A stretch of DNA of 64,000 nt from the human T2T-CHM13v2.0 reference genome, Homo sapiens. The stretch lies in NCBI RefSeq assembly GCF_009914755.1, contig NC_060942.1, one strand, 5' to 3'. A model generated the notes under the pieces. That model was not told where the DNA came from, did not search any database, and saw only the letters and a program-made list of their open reading frames with translations. The position numbers were made by a program, and so were the translations under genes. Shown piece by piece: positions 33,559-47,351 of this stretch (position 1 is its first letter; the number at the start of each line of letters is the position of its first letter).

Positions 33559-35049
33559 ATGTATTTGTTTCAAGCATCATGTTGAGATGAAAGCACTGTG
33601 AGAATGCAGCCTACCAATGACACACCCCGTGGAGGCGAGCTGCCCCATAGAATTGTCTATTCTCCTCATCAGATTTTGCAGGAGTGAGAAAGAAACATTT
33701 GTTGTATTAAGCCACCAAGAATTTGGGCCATTTTAGCTCCAAGCTTGTTGGTTTCAAAGCCACCCTCACTGATTACACATGATTAGCACAGGCAGGGTGT
33801 CCACGAATGTACAAAGCCACGCCCACCTGGCATCACCCTATCCTAGACTAATAAATGACTGTGATTTGGAAATATTTATAATCATAAGCTTAGAAAATCT
33901 GCACAGAAAGGTGAGCTGATTGAAACCAACATTTGATAGGCACAGATTCTTTTTATCTATAATAAAAAAAATTGAGTCTGCTTTTGTTATGTAGATATTA
34001 CTAATGTAGTACCAGGAGTGGGAGGTGACTGAGAAGATACACAAACCTACATTACAACATTTTCTTTCTATATTACAACACACTTCTGTAATGAAGTCTT
34101 ACAATAAACTAATAGCCCCACAGAGGGAAAATGTGATTGTGTGAAGGTGTAAATGACACATTATTATGAGTACAGCCACATAAACTGTGACTACGTGTAT
34201 TTATTATGAGACAATGCATATAATCACACAGCTTCCAGAGAGACAACTGAACAACATCTCAGGGGAGGTCCACCACTATCCCATCTAGTGTTACTGCAAG
34301 GAGGGTAGGCAGGGCAGGTCCTCTAGGTCTTCCTTTCAGTATAACAGTTACACAACAGAAAGCGTCTTTGCTTTTTTTATTCTTGGAGAAAAAGCTTTGC
34401 AGCTTTAGCTGACTCAGTTACTTCTTTTCATTTAGATGTGATCCCTTTAAAATAATCCGCTGGCAACCAGGTTGATGGATGAACTTCAAAGAAGGACATA
34501 GTGATGAAAAGATCGATAGCTTTTAAGACTGCTCTAAAGAACCAGATAGCTGTATTTAAGATATAATTGGAATTTCCCTTTAAGAGAAAGAACAGGTTAA
34601 ACTTGAGAAGAAAAAAGACAAGCCATATATAACAGTACTGCTGACATTTAGTCTTTGCAACTGTAAATATACAAGAACCTCAAAGATCACTATCTGTCCT
34701 GTATTTGAAGGCGCTTGTTGTGATGTGCAGAATACTGTTGGCCCTTAAACGAGAAAACCTGAGATGACATGGGAAAACACAGGATGACATGTTAAGACAT
34801 CCAAAAACCAGAATGATCACCAAAGGCCCTCAATGGACCCATACTATAAGTACTGAAAAGTAATGGTTGAAACTCTAGGCTCAAAAATAAACATACCCAA
34901 GAATTCCATGTGGTATGGTGTTGAAAGCTCAGTCTTTGGAACCAGGCAAACCTGGAACTGTGTGGGATGCTGCGTGGCTGACTGTCTGGGTAGCCTGTGC
35001 AATTTTTTCAGGAGTTTTTTTTACCTGCCAGGTGATGACCAAAGTCTAC

Positions 35050-35150
35050 AGTGGAGGTCAACAAATGACAGTAGCCAAATCCTGCCTGCTGCCTGTTTTT
35101 GTAAATAAACTTTTAGTGAAATACTTTTACATCCACTGTCTATGGCTGCT
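35050..35150. mobile_element. MER58-like fragment
   Basis: GCCAAATCC...GCCTGTTTTTGTAAATAAA. Confidence 0.6.
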
Positions 35151-35329
35151 GGGAGGAAAGGCTGAGCCAAGGAGAAACAGGGGATGAGCCTGGGCCATCT
35201 AACTGTGCAGGAAACACGAAAACGATAGAGTGATGGGTCTGTGTCAAAAGGACGAGAAGTCAACACATATATGTTCCCAGAGGCTGAACGTGAAATAATT
35301 TGAATTTACATGAAATGAGGGATTAGAAT

Positions 35330-35850
35330 AACAAACAATATTGCAAACAGACAAATTCAGAAAGTAAAATATTCTGTAAGACAACCGATCTGGTTTCTTC
35401 AGAAGTCAATGATGTGAAGAAAAATGAAAGGAAGCTGGAGGGGCTGGGGGGCACTGATCTAAATAAAGAAGCTTAAGGGAAGTGATAATGAGATGGAATG
35501 TCTGGGCTTCCATAGCATCCTGTTGCAACCAATACAAATGACATTTTTGAGATGATCAGGAAATGTAAATATTGACTGGGTATTAAATAATGCTAAAGAC
35601 TTATTTGTATTAGGTATGATGATGGCACTAGGGTTCTGGAAGAAATGGCCCATTTGTTTCAGAGATGCATGCTGACCTATGTAGGGATGAAATGACATAG
35701 TATCTGAGAACTTCTTTAAAATGTTTCAGCCAAAATAAATAACGTAAGTGTGGCAAAGACTTATTGGAGCTGGGGAGTGGATAGGTGACCTTTTTCTACC
35801 ATTATCTCTATTTTTGTGTATGTTTTAGATGTTTCATATTATGAAAGAAG
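35330..35850 (+). mobile_element. L1MC 3' end fragment
   Basis: ATATTGACTGGGTATTAAATAAT; TTTCAGAGATGCATGCTGA; GATGAAATGACAT. Confidence 0.6.
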
Positions 35851-36369
35851 GATCAAGGGAAAGACGCTTTAGAAAAAGATTTCACATGGAACTAAAGCTG
35901 GGCATGACTTTCCATTCTTTCTTTTAAGTTGGCCTATGGGATCTGACCACCCCAAATCAACTTCCCGCAATACCTTAAGAATTATGAGCACTTACTGAGA
36001 CAGCAAACAGCGATGGTGCTGATGTAGGTGTTGGTAGGGAAATAAATCATCTTTGAATCAATTAACAAGTGGCAAAGAAACTGCTACCACATGGGTCTAC
36101 CGATGTGCTATTCTTTATTGCTACAGGAGAAACAATGCATTTTCAAGTATTTTATTATTTCCTTTGTATACTTTAAGTGCTCTGTCAGCTTCATCAATAC
36201 AGAGACAAACACATTTTCAATATGGTAAAAAGAACTAGTCAAAACCTACTGTGACAGTAAAATGAAATTAAAATGACTTTTTTTCTTTCAATAGCTATAT
36301 TTCCACTGAAAATTTGAGATAAGATGCTAAATGCCACTGGTAGAAAGCTGTGCAAAATGCTAACATTCA

Positions 36370-36741
<372 letters not shown>

Positions 36742-37009
36742 ATGCATGGACCTACCAGCACATTTTCTGATGTTTTAATGAGTCTATTTTTGTTTCTTTT
36801 GGGGAGATGCTGGTGTGGAGATGCTTTTAGCTAAGAAAAACATCATCTCAGGTTTTCACTTAAGGCTAATAAGATCTAACATTTTTAATAATTGGGAAGA
36901 CATCAATAGAAATATAAACTTTTCTGTTCTAAAACTGTAGAATTGGTTATGACATAGGAGGTGATGAAGCTAGGGGAGAGTCAACCATTTCCTGGGATTC
37001 TCTAATTCT

Positions 37010-37200
37010 GTAACTTACTTTGTGTACTGTTTTACAGTTCAAGATGCGTTTTCACATCAATTGCCCCATTCTATCTTTATTTCCACTCTGTGTGCAGGCA
37101 AGGCTTTATGAAGTAATGCTCTACAAAGAAACTGAGGCTCGGAGGGGCAAAATGACGACTTGATCAAGGTCATACAGTTACCAAAAGGGTGGTGACAGGA
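37010..37200 (-). mobile_element. MIR
   Basis: GAAACTGAGGCTC...GACTTGATCAAGGTCATACAG. Confidence 0.7.
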
Positions 37201-37288
37201 CTATTGATTTATAATCAATAAATTACTTAGAAGAAATTACTTAAAAGACAAGAGTAACTAAAATGGAGACATGCCAACCCTTGCTTAC

Positions 37289-37331
37289 CTTTCAAAGCCG
37301 ATCTGCCGGAATGTCTTTTCCCATGTTGAGC
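37289..37331 (-). other. candidate 43-nt internal exon (lncRNA or 5' UTR)
   Basis: Branch-like CCCTGAT, polypyrimidine TCTCTCCCTTCCATTACAG|, exon GCTCAACATGGGAAAAGACATTCCGGCAGATCGGCTTTGAAAG, donor |GTAAGC. Confidence 0.6.
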
Positions 37332-37575
37332 CTGTAATGGAAGGGAGAGACATAATCAGGGCACATCAAGGACTCAGATAGTTTTGTTCGGCTTTTCCAC
37401 ACACGCTAGATATTTGGTTTTATGTTTAGGTAGGATGACTGGTTTTTCTTCAAATGCATTACTCCCCACCTCCAGTCCCAGATGGCCTTTGTAGAGTACA
37501 GAAAATTTAATAAAAAGTCCGCATATACAGAAGTCGAGTCCACATAGGGATTTAAGTGCATATAACCTGCAATGT

Positions 37576-37899
37576 GGCCAGCCGCAATGGCTAACGTCTG
37601 TAATCCCAGCACTCCGGGAGGCCAAGGCAGGCAGATCACCTGAGGTCAGGAGTTCGAGACCAGCCTGGCCAACATGGTGAAACCCTGTCTCAACTAAAAA
37701 TACAAAAATTAGCCGGGCATGGTGGTGGGCACCTGTAATCCCAGCTACTCGGAAGACTGAGGCAGGAGAATCACTTGAACATGGAGGCAGAGGTTGCAGT
37801 GAGTCAAGATCATGCCATTGCACTCTAGCCTGGGCGACAAGAGCAAAACTCCATCTCGAAAAAACAAACAAAACAAAACAACAACAACAACAACAACAA
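37576..37899 (+). mobile_element. AluSq/Sx-like
   Basis: Full Alu with (CAAAA)/(CAA) tail. Confidence 0.92.
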
Positions 37900-40447
37900 A
37901 ATCTGCATGTGACAGAACTCTCCATGCCAACCCCTCTGGTAAAGCATTAGGCCACGCCAATAATTCTCTAAAAATCTAAGTGTGTCCTGCTCAGAAAAAT
38001 ATGGTGGAACTCTCCTGTTAAACGTAATCAAACAGCTGTACGTTCTAAAATTCAACTTGTAATTTTGTGGAGCAATCTGGAAAGCCAGGTGACACTGAAG
38101 TTCCAACACATCACCCACCATGCCTTTATCTTACCAGTGTTGACCACAGAATTCACATATTCTTTTTTTTTTAAGCTAAACATGTTAAATCAGAAGAACA
38201 CAAAAATGCTATTCCAACTGATATCAAGAACAGTATATCCAAATCCATAAGAGATGGACAGCTGGGTATAAAAAAGATGTTATACAATTTTTCTATGTAA
38301 TATTTCTTCCCTATGTCACAGGCATATAATAATTTTCTGAGTACCTGATATAAGGAAAAGTGCTAAATTTTAGGAAAAACCTTTTTAATAAAAATTCTGC
38401 ATTTACCAAAATTAAGGATTTGTGCTAACCCGTGCCATTTGTTTACATTTTCCTGATGCTTAGTCAATGGTAAACATATTCTGATTTCAGTAACTATTGC
38501 AGGTAAATACCCACCTAGCCCTAAATTCATAAATTGTGTTGTGCACTAGGTGCTTGATAATCACAGCAGGTAGTTATTGATAATTACTGCCTTTCTGATA
38601 GAGTTACTTCTGTCAATAGGAAACGGTGGGTTCAGCACTGAGTCCCCAGCTAAAAGGCAGCTGAAAAGCTACCTGGCTTCTTTTCCTAAAGTCAAATTAA
38701 ACTCGTACGGTGCTTAGGTTTATTTCTTGAGAACTCTGCCTCAAAGGCTTCATCTTCGGATGGCCACTAAGTGTCTCCTAGACATTAGGCTTCCTCAAGA
38801 GGAGTAGGAGGCCCCAGGGCCAATTCTCTGGACTTCTCTAAGGACTGAACTAGTCCCAAGAGATCATGATCATGGGGTTTTGCCAGGGGACCTGGGTTCA
38901 TACTAGTTGGTCATGATGGAGTGTTTTAAATAATTCTGATAAATAATAAATGACTAAATTTCGGATGTGGATTAGACACACAAACACATTTAAAGCAGAT
39001 TCAGGCTTATATTTTCACATGAAGTCACTCTTCTCTGGCTGAATTCCAATATGTTTTGCTGAGTAGGAGTAAAAAAAAAAACACAGACTTTGAGCTAACC
39101 AGCCCAGGAATTTCTTTTGGCCCCTGGCCCAGGGGAGTGGGTCCCATGTGAATGTCTTCTGACCTGTGAGTCACATGCAAAACAATTAAGAATCCCTTTC
39201 TCAGGAATTCTTTTTAAAAATATTGTTATTTTTAATTGACACATAATAATTGCACATATTTATGGGAACAGTGTGATATTTTGATACATGTCTATGATGT
39301 GTAATTCTCAGACAATTATCCTGCCCCTGAAATCCTAGCAATTAAGAGACTGGCAGAGAATACATAACCTGTGGAAGCCACAGTGTGTTCAAGAACCGTG
39401 GCAACTGCCTGCCTAGACTATGAGGTGGGAGAGATGAGGGTCTCCTACCAAAATGAGAACCAGATGGCCAAGCACAGGCCAAGTGTGGAGGGTCCCCGGA
39501 GGGAAGGATTGGACGGTGAGGAGGTTGAGATGCTGCTCGGCTTGACTTCTCTTGCTTCGTGGAAGAAACAAAGCACCTTTTACATTTTTCTACATTTCCA
39601 CTGTTTTCTCAGATATTTTCAGTATTATTCTTATTTTTTATTTTTAATAGGTTCAATTACTTTTCTTAATAGGTTCCATTTATTATTCAGGTAAATTTTT
39701 TAATTTAAATGATTTTGCTATACTATATTGTTAGGCTTTTTTAACAGGGAGTTTTAATTTAAAAATAAGCCCCATCTTCCTACTTCTGCGAAATGTAAAC
39801 TTATTTAAACAGGCAGGACAAGTCAAAAGGTTTCGATGCAAGACACTCAGTACTCCTGAGAATAAACATTAGGCCACTCAACCAGGCACAACAGCAGTGG
39901 CAGAACGACTTCTTTCTATTCACCAGAAATCAACTTAATAATTTCAGTGTCTGACATACCACAGGCTCATCATTTTTTGCCATTGATACTTTCCTAACCA
40001 TCTTAACATGCTAGGTATGAGACTAGATATATTAAAATATGGTTTCTGCCCTCAAACTCCACATACCCTAGAGGTTTGGATTTTTATGTCTTTTGTGAGC
40101 ACTTAGTCATGATGAAACAAGAAACACACAATAAATGGAACAGACATGTCCAGATCCTTTGGCACCACGAATATTTCTGGCAGCCCATTATTCAGTTGCT
40201 GGGGAATTCTTTTAAAGCCATTAACCATGCTTTACATAGTAAGGTAATATTATTCACTTTCGCCAAAGCAGTCCAACACGGGGAAAGTAGAGAAAACAAA
40301 AGTAGCTGGCAGACTTCCTTGATTCAACACTTTTTAAATGAGATTTATAATGTAGAGAAGTTTAAAACATGTTATTTTTTTTTTTCAGGAAAACCGAAAC
40401 AGCAACAATAATTAAAAGGAAAATATATAGCATGGAGAATGGATGTC

Positions 40448-40773
40448 CAGTCATCTCTCAGTATCCACAGGGAATTAATTCCAGGACCCCTGTGGACCCC
40501 AAAATCTGCAGGTGTTCATGTCCCTCATATAAAACAGTGTAGAATTTGTATATAACCTTGCAGCCCCCTGCATACTTCAAATCATCTGTAGATTAATTAT
40601 AATACCTAGTAATAGATATAAATGCTATGTAAATAGTTGTTATATTGTACTGATTTTTACATTTGTATTGTTTTTATTGTTGTATTTTTTTCAAATAAGC
40701 TTTTTCAAATAATTTCGATCTGAGGTCAGTTGAATTTGTTGGTGCAGAACCCATGGATACGGAGGGCCAACTG
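40448..40773 (+). mobile_element. MER2 Tigger MITE
   Basis: CAGTCATCTCTCAGTATCC...GGATACGGAGGGCCAACTG terminal inverted repeats; orientation uncertain. Confidence 0.88.
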
Positions 40774-40869
40774 TAATTCATAGAAGGGATTTTTTCCTTT
40801 CAAATCTTAGATGAAGCAGTTAGAAATAATGAACTGTGATTCTTCACTTTCAGAAACTGTCCTTTGTAG

Positions 40870-41029
40870 ATCCAGTATCCGGTCAACAGAATTGAAATGC
40901 AGAGCGGAAGATGGCAGAGTCCAGACACGGTAAACAAACCTTGGACTAAATTGCATTCAGCTGCAGAGCAGGTCCCGATGTCTACCACGTGTGTCCAGGG
41001 TGACAAACCAGCCTTTAAGCTCCTTTCAG
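40870..41029 (+). other. candidate plus-strand exon or CpG-retaining element
   Basis: CCTTTGTAG| acceptor; donors ACG|GTAAAC (40929) or CAG|GTAGGA (41029); one frame open throughout. Confidence 0.3.
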
Positions 41030-41881
41030 GTAGGATGTTTCCTCCTGAATAAGTAAACCAGCCATCGCTCCTTTACGAATGAATCCAGCTCTGCCTGTCC
41101 ATTCTCCTCTCACCCTCCCTCTTCCACCCTATCTACCTATCAACCTCTGTGGCTTCCATTTTCCCTCCTCTCTAATAACATTGCTGCACCACAATTAGCT
41201 ACATGGGGTCAAGATGGAACCTCTGCCAGTTTCTGCACCTATCTGGTAGGAAGCTCTCTCTCCTCAGCTGCCAGAAAGCCAGGCTCACCCATGACCAAGT
41301 TTGCTGCCACATGCAACAGCCTGTGTGTAAGAGGGAAGAATGGGTCACGTGTGCAGAGGGAAGCAGGGATGGAGAGAGGAGGCTGACCCCTCATGGCATC
41401 CCCATCTGCCTCTGTGCACTCCATCAGGATGCCCTCGCCTTCCCTCACTTCCCAGTTACAGGGAAGAAAAAATAACCTGGGTCACCTATTCTCATTTTAA
41501 GTCGGGGCTCTGATACCTGTATCTCAAAGAGCACTCAAGATAGACAATGAAAATAAGAACAATTCCTTGAACATCCAAATTTTAGGTAGTAAGGAAAGCA
41601 AGTTTAACAATTTCTAGCCATCTTTAGTCCTATTTTAAATCAAGAGTGGCATTTCCCCCAAATTAACATAGCAATGAAACAGTTTGCAGTTATTAATCCC
41701 TTACCAAGTAGGTGCTAGCTTCCTATATATTAGCTAACTTAAGCTTCTCAAATACTCTGTGAAATTAGTACTATTACTACATCCCCTTTTCAGGTGAGGA
41801 AACCAAGGGTTAGAGATTAGGGACCCCAAGGCCAATGTTCTTATTTACCCATTGGATCGTCTCATCTTGGGAACTGTGTTC

Positions 41882-42899
41882 TGCGTCCAGAATTGGTGGG
41901 TTCTTGGTCTCACTGACTTCAAGAATGAAGCCGCAGACCCTCGCAGTGACTATTACAGTTCTTAAAGGTGGAGTTTCTAGATTAGCTAGACACAGAGTGC
42001 TAATTGGTGCATTTACAAACCTTTAGCTAGACACAGAGTGCTGATTGGTGCATTTTCAAACCTTGAGCTAGTCACAGAGTGCTGATTGGTGCATTTACAA
42101 TCCTTTAGCTAGACACAGAGTGCTTGGCAGAAAAGTTCTCCAAGTCCCCACCAGAGTAGCTAGACACAGAGCACCGATTGGTGCGTTTACAAACCTTGAG
42201 CTAGACACTGTGCTGATTGGTGCATATACAGTCCTCCAGCTAGACACAAAAGTTCTCCAAGTCACCACCCAACTCAGGAGCCCAGCTGGCTTAGCCTAGT
42301 GGATCCCATGCCAGGGCCGCAGGCAGCCAGTCCCACGCTGCGCGCCCCTGCACCCCTCAGCCCTTGGGTGGCCGATGGGACCATGAGCCGCCTAGCAGGG
42401 GGCGGCACCTGTAGGGGAGGCTCGGGCCTGTGCTGGAGCCAACCGCGGTGGGGCTCAGGCATGGCAGGCTGCAGGTCCGGAGCCCTTCCTCGAGGCGAGG
42501 AGGCAGAGGCCTGGTGAGAATTTGAGCATGGCGCTGGCGGCCCAGGAGTGCTGGGGGACCCAGTTCCCCCTCCACACCTGCTGGCCCGAGTGCTAAGCCC
42601 CTCACTGCCAGGGCGTGCGGCACCAGCAGGCCGCTCTGAGTGTGGGGTCCGTGAGGCCGCGCCCGTCTAGAACTCGCGTCGGCCGGCGAGTGCAAGCAAA
42701 GTCCCAGTTCCTGCCCATGCCTCTCCCTCCACACCTCCCCACAAGGAGAGGGAGCCAGCTGCAGCCTCGGCCAGCCCAGAGACGCGCTCCCATAGTGCAG
42801 CAGCGGGCTGAAGGGCTTCTCAAGCATTGCCAGAGCGGGCCCCAAGGCAGAGGAGGCACCAAGAATGAGCGATGGCTGCCAGCACGCTGTCACCTCTCA
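41882..42899 (-). mobile_element. LTR12 (HERV9, D-like) solo LTR with internal deletion
   Basis: TGAGAGGTGACAGCGTGCTGG start on the minus strand; GCTAGACACAGAGTGCTGATTGG repeats; perfect 4-bp TSD GTTC. Confidence 0.95.
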
Positions 42900-45800
42900 G
42901 TTCTAGTCTTCCCTTCCTTCTCCATATTCCTGTTTTTATTCTCCTCCCTATCATGTGTCTCCTGCCTCCTGCCATCTGATTATAATTTTTAAAAAATACC
43001 TTTTTTATTCCACAAAGTTGTAGTGTCTGATGATGAATTCTGGAAGCCTGTGAATGCCTATAGAAGTTCTCTGTCATCAAACTTCCTTGCACACGACCTT
43101 CCATCCAGGCCCTGAGAATTCTCCTGTGTTGATTTTGTTTAACACTCCCCAAGTACAGGGGGAGTTCGTTCTGTACAAATATACATAGACAAAAGGTCAG
43201 TCACCAATATGCTCTCCGCAGCTGATGGAACAAGGGAGATTATTTTTTATTTCCTCTAATTTTTTTCTGTAATAGTGGTTTAAAACCACAGGGCTTTGCT
43301 TGTTACTTTAAATCAGACATCTGATTTCTAATAACAGCTCTGCCTCTGGTCATCTTTATTTCCTTAGACAAGTTACCCTTCAGTCTTTCTCCTCCCTTAA
43401 TATAACACAAAAGGGTTTTTAACAGGCTCCTTTCATTTTGCAGTTTTATATTTTCATGAACATCATCACTGGAAAAGAAGACATCTCTGTCTTCATATTG
43501 TAAATTCATTATTCACTTGGTCATCATGTTTCTTCATTGATTACTTTTACCAATCATTCTTTCAATGGATTCATTGCTCAATTTTTACTACAGAAAAAAG
43601 TAACTTCGTTTTCCCTCTAGGTTACCTAATGTAGTGGTAAAACTGGTGGTCAAAGGAGGCACAGTTTTCATTTAATTCAACAGTTTTTCATGAAGCATGT
43701 CTCAGCCGCTGAGAGCCACCTGAATGTGGACCTGCCCCTCTGCTTCTTCAAAATAATCAGCAGAAAAGGATTAATAATTCATGGAAGTGGTGGTTTTTTG
43801 CCAGCATATTCCTATAAAAAGGGAAATATTTTCACATACTGTAGGGGCTGCCAGGCAGCTGAACGTGTGGCCTGGCACAGAAATTGGTGATGAAACTAAA
43901 ACATCAGGAAATTGTACCACTCATAACTTTTCTGCCAGAAGTTTCATTTACATTATTTTTAACTCTTCAGAGGAAGAGATTTTCATATCTAATCAAAGGA
44001 GCCAAGATTTTTTACCATGCATTGAACACTGAACATAATGTGAAATTCTAAGAGAAAAATAGATTTTTCCTCTCAATTAATAGTGACATTTTACTTTGCC
44101 AATATTAAGATGATCTTCTGTTGAAATTTAGCTGAAATCTGTTTAACCCCAGAAATGGCTGCTCTAATGGATGGTATATACCCAAGGAACACAATTTTCT
44201 CAGCAAATGAGTAATTTCAGCCTTTTGGGTTAAATGGTGAGATCTATAAAATTTTCCAAGTCCTATTTCCCACATGAGGTTCATCATTAATAGATTAAAA
44301 GTAGTTGTAAAAGAGATAAGACAAAACATTATTTATCATCCCTTAATTAATAGTTTTCATATTTAATGACATATTGTTTTTTAAAATATCATTTTCACAT
44401 CTACCTAATACTCTTGCAATGTCTATTTTCCCTGATCTGATCATAAATATCTAGATGGCACAACCTTAAGTATATGATAATTGCTGTTGTTTATATTTGG
44501 CTTTTTATCCCATGTATCCTTTATCAGTTCTTTTCATAATGTCTTAATATTTTGTCATATTATATGAAGGGTGGGTGATCTCTTCATAAAAGACAAAAGT
44601 CAGAATTCATCAGTCTCACTATCAACATATGTTCAATGGTGCGCTTTTCAAAATAAATAGCTTTATATTTTTCCTTATTTGTAAAATAACAATGATTTAC
44701 AAAACGTGAAAATACTAAAAATCTTTTATTTTTGCATAGACTCCCCCACACACTAAGACCAGCACATACAAAATACAACCACTCTATTTCGAATCCTGCT
44801 TTAATTACATATTAATATATAATTAACTCAATGTCTATAAATATAGCCATGTAATCACTTTACTGCTTATATAGTGTTCCATAATTTAACAAAATTTAAT
44901 TTCTGATTAATATGTAAATTTATATCTACATTTTTGCTGTTATATATAACATTGCAATGAGCAACTATACCTATATCTTTGAACATTCATTCAATTATTC
45001 CTTTAGGGCAAATTCCTAGGAGTATAATTATAAGTATATGTAAAATTTTGATTAACGCTACCAAAATTCTAACCCTCAAATTTATTCAAATATATGTGCT
45101 CAATTGAATTTTTTTAACACAGAGTTGAGTTTTTTATAAATCTTTTTTATCTTTTACAAAACATTTTATTTTAACTTACATTTTTATAATTAGTAATAAA
45201 ATAAATTTTCTTAGGTTTGTCAGAAATTTTAACATTTTATGTGCATGTTGTGTGAATTGTCTCTTCATGCCCATTGTCTATTAGATATTTGTCTTTAATC
45301 CTTTAATCCCAAATATGGCATATCTGCAGCCAATTCATTTGCCCTTTAGGTTCAAAATTGCATATACTAACTTCCCCGAATAGAACTGATTAATGTTTAT
45401 CATGATTAATTTCTACCATTTTAGCTTTTGAATTTTTCAATTTTCTTTTGTTGTCCCAGTAAGTGCAAACAAATATTATATTTGTTTTTTGGCCCTTAGG
45501 AATTTTTTAATATCCAAATACGTCAACTCAAGAAGGTATTGAATGAGTTCAACACATGTGTTATGCCCTCATTTTGGGTTGGCCAGTCAGGCTGAAAAGA
45601 CCCTGCCACACCTACTCACTCTTTGTAGAGACTAGGGCAGGTCTGTTCACAAACATCCATGCTTCAACACTCTCATCTATGCATCGAGGGTACTGCAACA
45701 CCTTAACATTGTTTCTTTTCAAAAATTACTTCCATATTACTCTCAAAAGAAACATGAATCCTAAATAATTAACTCCATCATCAAATAATGAATTTTCCAA

Positions 45801-46834
45801 GATAATCCTTGACTACAAGATTTCTGGTTTAAGATTGGTTCTGATTGGCAGTCTATAACGCTTCCTCTACCAACTTCCCACTAAAGTAGATGTAGACACA
45901 CTGGAAAGTAGAGACACACACACACACACACACAGAGTAAGTTGAGTTACTAGTAAAAATCCCTTTAAGAACCTTGAAAATAGAATCATAAAGGAATTTT
46001 CACTAATAGGTCAATTTAACTGAATTGCAAAACTCAAATTATAGTGTTGTATGCGTATGTCTCCCGTGGAAACCAAGCAAACAAGCCAGCCTTGAAAAAG
46101 ATACAAGTATATTTCATTCTTTTCCCACAGTGTTCCCCCTAATTCAGAAACACAAGATTCGCACTAACTAGAAACTGGGCAACTGTGTCATTCCTGAATA
46201 GAAGCCTCCTTCTGAGAAAGCCAGACTCTTGCTCTTATCAATATCATGATCACCCCACCTTACCCTGACTTCTATTATCTTTCTACATCTAGTCCCACTC
46301 TCAGAAACAATGGGGCAATTGGGCAGTAAGAGAGAGTGTGCATAGCGTGTGTGTTGGGAATCATAGAAAGAAAGAAGCCAACCCCCACAGCCCAGTGTCT
46401 TTTAGGAGATACGGCACTCGTCAGCAAAAAGTTATCGGAACAGTTAGGGACTGAAAATTCCTGGCAATTATACAATATGAACACCGGAAATAGCCTAAAT
46501 ATGCAGTAATTATAAAATGTTTACATATGCTATTTAAATGTAGTGGGTAGTATGTGACATTAAAATTAGATTTTTGATAAAATGTGATGAGAAAACTCAG
46601 ACACACAGCCTTCATGCAATTTTGTTGGAAATATAGTCAACATGCTGTTACAACTCGTTCATACCCAGGTTTCCATGACTTCAAGTTTTGTGTTCTTTTT
46701 CTGCTACTTCAGCAAGAGTATTTAGAGACACAAGACGGCCAATCATAGAATCTGGGGGAAATTAAGAATATTTAAAAAGCAGATCAAGAAAGAGGAACTA
46801 CTTAAGACAACAAAAGGAGGTGTAAGAATGTGCA

Positions 46835-47135
<301 letters not shown>

Positions 47136-47351
47136 AAGAATGTGCATGGAGGAGTTTTAAGAAAGAGGGAGTCAAATCTAATAGAGGCCAGCTTTGATTA
47201 CAGGTGATCATTCATTATAGGCCTTTTGGAGAAGATGGTGATGTGTATCAAAAAAGTTTCAGTGGAATTGTGGAAAAGATAAGGTGACGGAGCAGTGAGT
47301 TGTAAACTAAATGGAAGGTAGAGAAGGAGAGACAATGAGGACAGACTTCTC

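Noticed and set aside
37374-37925. 183-aa ORF, and similar ones at 21264, 23314, 33213 and 36367
   Set aside because: Antisense-Alu translations
41980-42260. Regularly repeated ~40-bp units resembling a CRISPR array
   Set aside because: These are the known LTR12 U3 NF-Y tandem repeats; there are no unique spacers and the DNA is primate
42274-42992. CpG-island-like region with ORFs up to 178 aa
   Set aside because: It is GC-rich LTR12 U3; long ORFs reflect low stop-codon frequency
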